Source: Lingula anatina
Lineage: Eukaryota > Animalia > Brachiopoda
Assembly (NCBI GenBank): GCA_051362555.1
Contig: CM120643.1
Coordinates: 20,278,848-20,342,847 of the forward strand
DNA length: 64,000 nucleotides
Direction: 5' to 3'
Shown: positions 47,901 to 60,263 of the stretch, piece by piece
Layout: the number at the start of each line of letters is the position of its first letter
Numbering within the stretch: position 1 is the first letter of the stretch
Program-made: the position numbers and the translations under genes
Notes under the pieces: model-generated
Told to the model about the DNA's origin: nothing
What the model saw: only the letters and a program-made list of their open reading frames with translations
Databases searched by the model: none

Positions 47901-50426
47901 CCAATAGCAAGGGCATTAAATACAAGAACTCTGTCCAAGGACACCGTGCGCCCTCTTTAGAATAGCTTTTAGTTTCTTGTCGATAATTACTTAACTTAAT
48001 AGTAAGATATTGTGACAATCAATCATTTAAATATTTGAATAAAAGATGGAAAGATATATTTGACACTACCGTTACTGGAGGACCTTGCCTCGGCCGTCTT
48101 CGTTTGTGTACCATAAAATCATACTTCGTTTACTTTTATATGATAATATACGATTAAACATAAAATTAATATATAATAATATATATATATATTTTACTGC
48201 ATATCCTTACTTTAAAATTATTCTTTCTCCCCTCAAAAGAGCATGTATTTTATAGGTCCTTGAGAATAATCTGAGTACGCCAGTCTCTTCACGGAACGTC
48301 CAGTTCACTATACACAGTATTAAGGACACAGTTTCCAGTGGGAAATATAGTTTATCTGGACGAAGGTTTTTAAGTTAATTTAAAAATTGAAGCATGAACA
48401 ACACCACGAAACTCTTTATATCAGACCAAATTTGTGATGTGACTGTTTTATTTGCTGTTAGGCAAAAAGTGTACATCAGAAGAAACCGCTTGCAGCGGTG
48501 CTGCACCCTTCTGGCTCCATTGAAAACCACCTGTCTTTTAATCACGTCGATTCACTTCTGTTTGAAGTGATGCTGCTTCGTATATAAATATTGAGCAATC
48601 CAACAATCTCCAGAGAACGGTTTTTACCCCACGGCCCGATAGCATCGGATACCAGCATTATCGGACTGATTGCGTTGCGACGCTAGGAGATAAAGAACAT
48701 TGTACTTCAATATTCTTAGAACTTGTACATAATACTATCATTTTTTATTGCATTTACGTAGTTATTCATTATTTATAATTTTGTAATTATTTGAGTTCTT
48801 TTGAGATTAATGGTAACAGTGTTTTTAAAGATTTTTTTTTTTTTTTTGTCAATAAGAAAGGCGTGCAGAGATCATCAGACTTGTAAATAAATCTAAATGG
48901 AGACGCTTGCAAGTGCATACGGCTCGATATAATAATGTATTTGTCATAATGATATTATCTTTAATTAATCTCCAATCTCACGATCTCTGTCACACTGATT
49001 TTTTCTAATAAAACGAGACAACGTTAACGTTCTGGCAATAAATGAGTTTCGGATTTGTAACGAAGTGGCTGCGTTGCGTAACTTTTCTCTCCGGGGATTA
49101 CTTAAGTCGGGAATCGTCAGTCGAACCTAGATCTTCCTGAGTTGGATAAGAGGCCGTAAAAGTTACTTTTTTAGCGTAAATCTTAGACAAAGAATTCTTA
49201 CTAATTGACCAAGCGTAAATAAAACCCGCCGCACATCTAAAAGCTTAATTAGTACACCATGTTTCTAGGGGTTTACAAGACTAATAACATAGAACACGCA
49301 ATACATATTTTTTGTTTCCTTATCAGATAGGTGTGATGTGTGTCTCTCGGACGAACTCCCCGGACAATATTCCCCCCTACCCCCTTTTTTCGGGTAATCA
49401 AAGGAATCTTTTGTTTACTCCACCTGTACTTAGCTGGAATATCACTCTTAGGGTTAAAGATAAGTATATAGCCAACATGATTAAAGAGGTAGTGGTGAAA
49501 CAATTAAAAGTGACAATTGGTTCCTCGGAGGATACCAGGATGGATGAGGTGACATATTTAATCCACCTCTACCTGCTTAACTAGAGACGCACCGGTACAT
49601 GATTAACAGTAAGCAACACGGCCAAGGAGGTGGGTAGTAAAAACATAAGTTTGCGAAAGGGATACCTAAATGATTGATATGCTTGGTAAAGCCCACTTGA
49701 CATTTCAATAATCACACAAACAAGTAAGATTATCAAAACACCAAGTTGCCTGAAAATTAGAACCACTACATCTTCATATCATAATTTTCCCATTTCTTTT
49801 GTTTATTCTCAGTATCATGATTCCACTGCAGAGGGGGTGGGTGGGTAGGGTTTCAGAGAAATTCTGCAGGGAAGAGGGGGGGGGATTGCCTGAAGAGAAT
49901 TAGAATTAACCAGGGAATTTGCCTGATACCGTGATGTCTGCATAGAGAGTCTGCGGCTGCTGGAACGAGAGAGAGGGGGGGGGGGGTTGAAGTCAGGCCA
50001 GATTTCTTACAAGTATGTTTTATCTTGCGTTTTAATTTCTCCCAGAAGTATTTATTTTCCTTCACTCAGCGTCTAGATAAGAACGCATAGTAGACCCTCA
50101 ACAGTTGCCCCCTAAGCATTTTGTCAGCCTACTGCTCTGGCATGATTTAATTTTTAAAACAGCACTCTTGAGGCATAAGATACGTGAAAATCTTACCATC
50201 CACAAAGCGGGTTCCTGGTTAGACTTAAGTAATGAGATCAACTACCTCTCACGAGAGAGTTTCACCTCCAAGTGAAGATGCAGATCCCAGACAATACCAA
50301 TCTGAAAATAGCTATTAATTCAGGTTTTGTTTTACCAATTGGCATGCGAGTGGGCCATAATAGTGTAAGCGTTCACCTCCTGCCAAGAATAGTTATGCGG
50401 ATAAAAGCTTAAATTCCACGTTCGTG

Positions 50427-50474
<48 letters not shown>

Positions 50475-50686
50475 AGAAGAGGGGGGGGGTAGGGCAAAGT
50501 TTTCAACGGCTCGGAAACAATATGTTTGGTTAAATGGGCACGCTCAATAAGATGGGTATTGAGTTCTAATGGACAACCAGTGCTATTTTACAGATAATCA
50601 CAGCAAGAAATAATTGGAGAAAGAAATCACAGTACGCTTTAGAGAGGAACCATCCATTGGACCCAATTTGGTTGAATGGAGAATAG

Positions 50687-50855
50687 GGGCCGCATTCACA
50701 CCAAAGTTGATCCGCGGACTAACGGATCCTCGGATCAAATATGGTCGACGGGAATCTATTCAGTTTCTATTAGGGGTTGATGCTGCAAGCTTTCAAGTGG
50801 GTCAGCCATATTAGATCCGCGAAGCTGTTACCCTGCCGATCAACTTGTTATGAGG
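50687..50855. mobile_element. Degraded Harbinger-type MITE, family B
   Basis: GGCCGCATTCACACCAAAGTTGATCC...GATCAAATATGG...TTTCAAGTGGGTC shared with 36164-36358. Confidence 0.6.
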
Positions 50856-53800
50856 GATTCGATGAAACTGCTGCATCAACTTTATTACTACCAGTATTGA
50901 AAAGAAGTGCTGCAAGCAAGGCTATCGATTTTTAATAAAAACATTAAAATAAAGAGTGGCAACTGGATAGGTCGGGTTTCCACCGGATTTTGGACCAACG
51001 TTATGTATCTTTTGCTTGTCTGACAACAGATACTGGTAGTCATTATCAATGGATTCGGGCTTGTATCAACATATACGTTGTATATATAATAATGATATGG
51101 TTTTGCCTAAATGCCAGTAGATGGAACTTTCCACCACTCGGCAGAATGGAAAAATCACCTGGGGCCTGTTTCAGAAAAGAACATTAATCCGATGATTGGG
51201 CTAAATATTAAGACCAAAATTGTAGTCGACTTTGCCTCAAGCTAAACTTATGAGATATTGCATGTGCCTGTGGCGTGACCGGTATTCCATGGTTTATGTT
51301 TTAGACGCATACGCACTTTGTCTAAGTGTACTCTAAGTGATTTACCTTAAACAGAAGTAAGCCATTGTGTAATCTAAAAGCGTAGATCAATTTTCGGACA
51401 TTATCTCTGTGAAACCAATGCTGAACTCAAGTTTCTAACTCAAAACGATGCACGTCAAACGTATTCCATAGTATGCTTTTTCCATCAAACCTGTACTAAG
51501 CTATATTATTGCTGCAAACATGCACTGGTATATAAGTGTAACTTGACTTGGAGAGAAGCCGTCACATACACGCAAATGTCGCGTTATTAAACTCTAACTA
51601 GACAATGCAAGGTCAGCCTTTGAGAGCAATGACTTTCAGCAAATTAGCACTTATTGAAAATATGAAACAGCCTGCTTTATTGTGAATCGGTGGCATCTTT
51701 CATAAATCTCAGCTTCAAGCTTCTTATTATCATTGCTGAATAACGCAATTTTCGCCTACTGAATTTAGAACTGTATCCGTACAAATTATTACCAAGAAAA
51801 CGGGATATTCAATCCCCATCGGACATGTCAAATGAGCAGGCATTTATAAAAAAAACGAACCCAATCATAAACGCATATATGAAATCATTCTTATTAACGC
51901 TGTTCATTCTAAAACTGGATTACTGAAGCAGTACTTTTCCGAAAGCACAGTTAACGAAGGTTGTTTAACATTAATCACAAGAATGAAAAAAAAAGTCATT
52001 TTGACCATAGGATGAACCCTTGTTTTCAAATATCCCTCTACGCATTATCGTTAACCAAGAAACACTGTAAGGTAGTATGGTAAAGGGTGATAAACATGCA
52101 TCTTTCACGAATAAACTAGATATACTATACGGTAACTTCACATTAGTCTCGCCTTCAATTTTGAAATTTCTACGAAACAAATTGCAAAAAAAAAAAAAAA
52201 AAAAAAAAAAAACATTCAAACTTTATATTTCGACTTTAATAATGCTCAGTTATTGCATCTTGTGCATCTTGAACCAAATCTTGTAGATACGTTTTGTAAG
52301 GAAAATTATGTCATGCAAAAATACCAACTTCCAATGAAACATAAATTAATTATCCATACTTTTAGTAATAAATTGACTAAAATAAATCTAGGTATCAATA
52401 ACTCATGAATGTTATAAAAGGTAATGGTGTCTTTTGTTTGAACTGCATTTTGTATTGTCTACGTTCTTATGCATGAAGTGATGGTCATGCTGCCATTTGC
52501 CCAAGTAAGTGCTGTGGTAGGTCGGGTTTAGAAAAGTAATGGTCAGTGAAAAAATACAACCTGGCATTAGCGTTAATCAAAAGTCCATTTGTTCCAGCAT
52601 AGATAAATTGCCCAAGGAAGACTTACTGGGTTATCTGAGTTCACGTGAAATGCATTTTTATTACTTGCGAAAAAAATTCGCAAGACTTTTGCTCTGCATT
52701 TTTGAGAGTCCATGAATTTGTGGTCAATTTTAGAGATGTTTGTCCCCAGTTTTACAGATTTTTCCTTCATTATTTTTATATTGATGATAGACCAAGGGGT
52801 AACTGATTTGCTTTTCTAAGGATCAGATTACTATTGGCAATATTTTAGACTTCTGAACTCTCATTTGAGATAGTCGTTTGACAGAGTACATGAATAAATG
52901 GGTTAAGTGTTAAACAATGAAATTAATATCACTGCCACAAAGCCTATTAGTAACCTGTTGGGTTAAGGAGAGAGAGAGAGAGAATGAGGAGTAAGAATGG
53001 CGTCTCCAAACTTCCAAGTTTGTAGTTTGTTAGTTTTGCCAAGAGACAAAGAGAAGGAGAGGAAAAAAAGGGAGAATGAGAAATGTCCATGTCGCCAAAA
53101 ACTTAAGTTCGAATCTAGCAGCATGGGATACATTATTGCCTTGGTGCACGGCATAGTAATGACTTTATTAATATGATGCCCTGCGCTTCGTGCCCTTAAA
53201 ACAAAAAATGACAAAAATATAAACCATATATAAGACAGGCTGTCAGTCACCCAGGTCTCAAACACTTCAGCTGTATAGCCATTGGAACCAATCATTCACG
53301 GCTTCACAGCTTTGAGTGATATCCGGCCAAAGGCATAGTACCACAAAAAGCTCCACGGTTAAAATGCTATCTGATCTAAAACATTTATAGCTAAATTGCC
53401 CTGTAGCAAAAGATTAAAAAACATATCAAGAATCCCAATAATCAGAGGTTCTGGAGGTACATGTATTTACCCTAGGGGCGGGGGATATGCAATGTATTTC
53501 AATTGAAAGAAACTATTGCGTTACGCCCTCCTGGGCAATAAATCATTACAGACCGTAAATACTTGATGAAATGAATTTTAAAAGGATTTTGCGGTCTGTG
53601 TGTGCAAAAATATTCTGTCTCAGGTCGTGCTTAGGAGGAGACGATTCTTGCACCAAGCTTGTTATATTATTCCCCATATCAATAAGTTAAAACAATTGTG
53701 GTGCGAAAGCATGCAGTCATACACACGTGTGCGAGTATACGTATAGATGTATCTGTCTTATGAATATGTTTGTATGATAGCGTAAAAACTTATGGCAAGC

Positions 53801-54030
53801 ATGTGCCATACTACAGGTATATAAGAAAAAATGGAAGTTTCACATAAATTTAGAAAAAAACTGATGCTCTTACTTTTTGCTGGACGTTTTCAGACAAAAT
53901 GTCATTGCTTATTGGTAATATGACTTTTAAAGCACGAAATGCCATATACACTGTAAATGTAGTGTCATCTGCCCGATGTAGCCAATAGATAGAATACGTG
54001 CCATTAATCAGAAAATCACATACTTTGCCG

Positions 54031-54141
<111 letters not shown>

Positions 54142-57100
54142 GCGAAATTTACCCAAGTACAATTTAACCAACTTTACCCAAGTACTCTAAGTCAATAGGG
54201 GGCTTGCCAGACATTTAACCTGCTTAAACTGAATGCAATTTAGTGAATATCACCGAGGAACAAAAATGCTCCCATAGGGCTAATTCCCAATGAATTTATC
54301 GGTCTGCGTGGATCGATTCAGATCGACTCTGGTTGTATGCAATCAGATCAGGAGATTAAAATGTATGGTATATTGTGATTTGCAAGGCATATTGTTCATT
54401 CTTTAGAATCTATACATTTGCTGAAAACTTATGGGAAGCGAAAGAAAATCGTTTAATGGAAATATACAAACCCAAGCTTAATGGAGAAAAATATAACCCC
54501 CAAATTGTAAAATTAAACACAATAAACAATTTATTGTTGAATTGAATTGTTTGAATTGTTCATCTCAAAGCAACGAGGCGAGCCAACATTGTCTTTGCAA
54601 CAAAGGAATACAGCATAGTTGATTTATGTAGCAGTAGCTGTATGGTTACTGAAACCATTCCCTGACGAGTCATTAAAAACGTTAATAGTATTGTAACCCT
54701 TTATTATCATCCAGATGCCAAGAACTAGGTTTTTTTATTATTCAATAGCGCATCTATCTTTCTGTTGATGTAAAACAATGAAAATCTCCTCGAAAATATA
54801 AAATATCGGCGTATTTATTTCTCGTTGCAATGTATAAGGAGAGGCAGCCCAAAGCTTTAATCGTCAATTTAACACCTTTCTATTTTGAGGTGAGATAGTA
54901 ATCGGCATGGAGCGTAACTTCATCCCTGAACAAGATTTTATCACGAAAATTGGCATAGCTGATCAAAAGTGTATAGGCTACAATTTTGCTCCGTCATTTC
55001 GGTTTAAATGTTTTTCTTATGGAGTTATGAGCCCCTAATTACAGATTTTCATTAAACAAAGATATTTTTTGCTTTATCAACGATAAAAATCCGAAATAAG
55101 GCTTGCAAGAAAAATCGCTGACAGGCTTTTGGAGTACTAAATGGTGTCATTAAATTGGCGTTAAAACGGTGTTCGTGGGTGTTCAGGTAAAGAAGAAATG
55201 TGAGAAACAGATTTTTCAATATTTACCCCAAAATCGCAATTATAACGTCACCCTTAAGATGAAATGTGTAAAAAATGTTAATTAATTTAACCACTGAACT
55301 CTGAAGATTTATCCGTTACCCAAAAGAATGTACAATATGTAAAACAGTAAATAAGGAGTTTTTGGCAAAGGGTAACAATATCCCTAAAACGCATTTAAAC
55401 GTTAATAATAAACACACAAAGAATGTGATGTTCTTTAATCTTTATTGATATACGTACATGTACATGTATACACTGATCAAAAAGGTTGATCAAAAAGGTT
55501 GTTACACCTCCAATTTCGTGTGTCGTTATTTGTGAATTATCTCACCACAGCTGTAAAGCGTTTTAAACAATCATTCTTATTGGAGATGCCATTTCTATCA
55601 CGACTTATGATACATAAAAACAAAATCCCTTTGTAGACATCCATATTTTTCTAATTTCTTCAAATTTAGAACACGAACCGTCAGAACTCAAATCTGATGT
55701 TCTACAGTAATTTTCGAAGACTAGGGGGAAAATGTCTATAAAATTAAAAAGACACTAGCACCAGATTTGCACACAATTAGCATCCGAATGTGCTGTTTGA
55801 CAGTCTTATAGTGTGTTTGTCTCCCACGTAGTACAATTATCTCCTTCCTACACGCACTGAGACATGTTTTCAGCAAGGCTCATACGTCACTCTCTGACCA
55901 CAGGGTGTGCTAATAATGTTTCAAATTTATAACATCGATCTTAAAATGTGTATACTAATTAAGAAGCCTCTAATATCCGATGATAGTCATATGCTGTTTT
56001 GTAAGATATTGCCCTATCCTCAGCATTCTTCCTGTAGAGCTTGACGGAGTTGGAAAATGATGGTACCATACTGGGTACTGTATGAACCTCGCAGTGCGGG
56101 TCTGGTAAAGCTGGTTTTATTTGTACTTATCTTTAAATTCTCAGTCTTTGAATTTCTACAGCTCCTGAGTAATCTAGACCATGGAGTCAGTAATAAGAAT
56201 TTGAGAATCAATCTGTAAAGATAGATTCCCCAGTTTATGTCATAGCTCTGATTAAAATCATCAAAATATATCGCCAAAACGGGCTTCTAAGGCAACAGTA
56301 CGCACTGTCTTTCACTACTGCTACCTACTTAAGCAAAAGCCCTCACACGAGGAAGATTAATAATTAGTTATAGGCCTACAGATGGGAGTTTTTTCACCTT
56401 AAAACGTTTGGTCTATGTGAACTGCTATGCATATGCACATGCGTTCATAGGCATGATCTTGTATCGGTTTATAGCGATATTTTATAGAATAATTATAATG
56501 CCCTTTTGGAGCGGAAAATTGTTGGTAGCAGGTTATATCTGATATTATCATTTTAAAACGTAGACGGTATGAAATATGACTATGATTAAACACAGTAGCG
56601 ATTGTAACCATATTTTGGTTCAGTGTAACCGTATTTTGGTTCAGTGCTTTAGGAATATCACAGTGACATACACTATATGTATGTGTATTCTTCGAAAGAG
56701 AGGATTCCCATAAAATCTTTGTTGAGGTCTTGTTGGTTTTCAAAATCAGTCCAAGGTAATTAGTTTGGTCTTGTGCCGTTGCGTGCACACTAAGTGCTCC
56801 AGCGGAGCAAGAACATTTATAAATTAAATCTGACGCAGAAGTGTAGGAGCCCGGGGGGGGGGGGGGGGGGGGGGTATGGAGGCTTAATCTACGGCCTATT
56901 AGGGTCTCTGAGACCATTTTCCATTACATATTCACAAATATTTCTTTGTATGCACTCTAGCTTTGAACATTTCTGTACTATATGAGAATTTTTGCACAGC
57001 ACCAAAGTCAACACTCAACTGGTCATTGGCAGAGAGTAGGTTTTAGCCTCGCCTCTACTTCCTGCCCGCCCTTTTAACCATCCTAGCTTTAAGCACAGGA

Positions 57101-57679
57101 AGTGAGGGGGGCAAGGGTTCCTATCCACCTCTTAAACTGAATCTCACTGCCAAGACACTAGTCAACCGATGAACAACTTCCAAGTTTATAATTTTCCCGT
57201 TATCTCCCACACCTCACTATTTTCTTCTTCCATAAGGTAACCCCCCAACCCACCCCTACTTAGTTTTGACTTCCATGTGATACATTTTCAGACGTCTCGT
57301 TAACACCTGTTTAAACGCTGTTTCCTTCAGTTTAAATTCAGTCTTCCATTTAAGCACCGGTACCTTGTGGTATCCCATATCTCTCTTGCCATTCGGGCTC
57401 TACAGAGTGAATTTCTTACAAACGTTACGGTTATTTCACAATAGACAGATAGATATTCTTTATTTAGATTAAATAATGATTTGTGAGCAGAGATACAAAT
57501 GCAAAATAGCATTTTAACAATATACACATATATGTTTCGATAGAGAGAGAGAGAGATCTACAACAATATCTAACTCTGTACAAAACATTAACGACCAGCA
57601 GAATAATCCATACATTCAACATGGAATTTGAAAGTTATATACAAATTTACGAATATCGCTTGCGTCTTTATAAGCCTAA

Positions 57680-57905
57680 GGGTGCTTTCCCAGAGATTTA
57701 GATCGATCTAAAGATTAAGTTTTAGATCGACCTAACTCCCTGGGGGTTCACGCTAAATTGCAGTCAGCCGAGCGGGCACCATAGTTAATTACCCCCTTAC
57801 AGCTTTTAGTAGGCGGCACAGACGCTTAAGCCGGCCAAGCTGACAGTAATCTAGTTATACTCCCCACAGGGATAGATCGATCTAAAAATCTATGGAAATG
57901 GGGTG
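57680..57905. mobile_element. Harbinger-type MITE, family A (inverted relative to 255-476)
   Basis: TAA duplication at 57677-79 and 57906-08, with reverse-complement homology to 255-476. Confidence 0.75.
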
Positions 57906-59165
57906 TAAGAGGCTGTGATGGGGGGGGGGGGGGGGGGGGGGGGGGCTCATGTTTGCAAATGAAGTCCGCAGGTTCTCTGTACTAGTAAATATGATGGGTT
58001 TGTACTAGCGTAGAATGCGCGATCATTCCTACATGTATCAAGGGTGAGCAGAATATATGTATGTATCTGTACGTAAATGGCTACCCGTTGGGTTGGCCCT
58101 TTAATAATTGTGGGAAGTATTTCTTTCTAATGGCTCTCGAATGAACGCTTCAATTTTACCTTCTCTTCCGTGAACAATGAACTAAATCAGGTATTTCCAA
58201 CATTTTTAGTATTGGATGACCATAACTCTGTCGAAATTCAAACATTTCACATGGCTTGAGCCGAGTAAACAGTTACATGCATACCTCATATATATCAGTT
58301 TTGTGTTAAAATGCTGTTTGGAGCAGGAGTGGTAATATGATTATTCCAAAACTGTTGGCCTTTAAGATGTTAACAAATACTAAGGGACAAAGTAGATCAT
58401 TTCAAAGATAATAAAAATTAATAAACTTTGCGATGTTGTGCAACCCATCCATTTGATTGCACCACCACCAGAAACTTATGCTTTGAAACTAGACTCTTTT
58501 GCCAGACATTGATGAGCATGTCAATCAATGGCAGATCCAAAAAAAAAGGGGGGGGGGGGGGCACGACGTTCACGTGACTCTCAATCGGCTTCTTGGGCAA
58601 TCTTCCCCCCTCCCTTCTCTCCCTAAGAGAAAAACGGTATAACGAGCCAGACGAACCAAAATCAAGTGGATTTCCATCTCTGTCCCCTACAAGGACCGCA
58701 ACAGATTTAAATCTCAGAGGCAGAATTGACAGCTCAAAGGGTTTTCGTCAGCTCCAAGGATCCCAGCGTTGTTCAATTGTCAAATACAATTACATGTATT
58801 AGCGTTAGCCCAAATCAGTCTGTTCACGGAGTGCACTTTTTTTTCATTTTCCTGGCTCCTACACGGTCTTTTCCTGGCAAATTTTACACAAGCCAAAGAT
58901 TTTATTCTTGACAAAATCCATTACCAGTATCTAATGAATTTAGTTTCCCATATTACAACGTCGCGACAATCTCTGCATAAGGCGGTGCATTTTACTTGCG
59001 GTGAAGCCTCAAGTGCCCATCAAGTGACCAAAGGAGTACGAAGAAAAAAGTGAAAAAAAGAACATGTAAGCCAACGCATCAACACATTGCCTTTCTCAAA
59101 TTTACAGATTTGCTAGAACAAGAAAATCTGCAGAAACGGATTACATAGCTTTATGCGAGGAGAAG

Positions 59166-60263
59166 TTAATCCATGCTGTTATTACCCTGGAAATGTTTCA
59201 AAGGTAGCGGTTCGTTCTCGCTATCATCCGACAAACGCTGTTTAGATCTGTAAGACATGCTGGTTCTTTTAGTGCTTGAATTCCCAATTGCCAAAGCATG
59301 TCTACGGCACGGCCACAGTGCTCTTATGAATGCCAACCGGAATTCCTTTGAGACAAAGTTGTATAAAATTGGGTTAACGCTCGAATTTGCAAAGGCAAGG
59401 ATAATTGCCGCTGTCTGTATGTATTCAGTTAATTGCTTCAGTTGGTTCGGTCTCGTATCGGGCCTGGCGTTCCCGTGTTCGTCCATACGCAGGACATTCC
59501 ACAGAAACAGCGCATGGAGCGGTCCCCAACATACTATGAAAATCATAAACACTAAAATCACCAGAATCATGAGGCGCTTACTGGCGCGCTTAGAGGCGCG
59601 GTAAAATCCGTCAGATTTAACGGTTGAGATGCCAAGACTTCGGCTCTCGTCGCGGATTGTCCACACCTGCACCACGATGAGTGTGGACAAGATGGCGACA
59701 ATCACGGCCGGAAGAGCGAAGTCAATTCCAAAGGTGACGGATACATACAGTTCGTACACCCACTGTCCTTTATAGATGATACTGCAATTGTACTCGGAGT
59801 CCTCTCCGTAAAGGACCAACAACGGGATGTTGAGCACGAGCATAACGACCCATGCGGCTATGCTAGCTTTGTATGCCGTTGTCCGGCCCAACATTTGGCG
59901 AAGATGCAAAGGGTACTTAATCCCTGCAAAGCGTAGAACACAAATGGCGACGAGGGAGTATATGCTCACTCCCATGCTGACGTAGGTAGCGTAGGTTGAA
60001 GTCTTACAGAGAAAGCGCCCAAGGCGGAGCTGGTACGACGTCGCAAACAAAGCTGCTCGAATGGGGATGCAGAATACGTTGAATAAGAGGTCTGCAATAG
60101 CGAGATTCATGAACAAAACGTTCATCTGTCTGTTCCGGCACACCACGTAGATTACCGAAGCGTTCCCAACGATCCCAACAAGACATATTGTTATCAGAAT
60201 GGCTGGCATTCCCACTTCATAGAATGAAGGTCCATCCTCAACCGTGACGTTAGTGCTGTTCAT
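59166..60263 (-). CDS. Class A (rhodopsin-like) peptide-type GPCR, galanin/allatostatin-A/somatostatin-receptor-like, intronless CDS
   Basis: 365-aa ORF from ATG 60263 (MNSTNVT, N-glycosylation sequons) with seven hydrophobic segments. Motifs: GN (TM1), NLAIADL (TM2), Cys3.25, W4.50, FALP (TM5), CWGP (TM6), NSSVNPILY and an SKEFR helix 8. A possible 5' UTR intron spans 61060-60769. Confidence 0.92.
   Translation of the reverse strand: MNSTNVTVEDGPSFYEVGMPAILITICLVGIVGNASVIYVVCRNRQMNVLFMNLAIADLLFNVFCIPIRAALFATSYQLRLGRFLCKTSTYATYVSMGVSIYSLVAICVLRFAGIKYPLHLRQMLGRTTAYKASIAAWVVMLVLNIPLLVLYGEDSEYNCSIIYKGQWVYELYVSVTFGIDFALPAVIVAILSTLIVVQVWTIRDESRSLGISTVKSDGFYRASKRASKRLMILVILVFMIFIVCWGPLHALFLWNVLRMDEHGNARPDTRPNQLKQLTEYIQTAAIILAFANSSVNPILYNFVSKEFRLAFIRALWPCRRHALAIGNSSTKRTSMSYRSKQRLSDDSENEPLPLKHFQGNNSMD

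Noticed and set aside
54655-54700. CTGACGA hammerhead-like core (also CTGATGA...GAAA on the minus strand near 61495-61512)
   Set aside because: There is no properly paired stem II or complete catalytic core.
57920-57945. Long poly-G/C tracts (also ~6884, 11437, 23673, 44294, 56853, 58547) as G-quadruplex elements
   Set aside because: They are simple homopolymers, often inside MITE remnants, and their length is unreliable in assemblies. There is no positional pattern.
59257-59604. 115-aa plus-strand ORF antisense to the GPCR
   Set aside because: It is a shadow ORF of the real minus-strand coding sequence.
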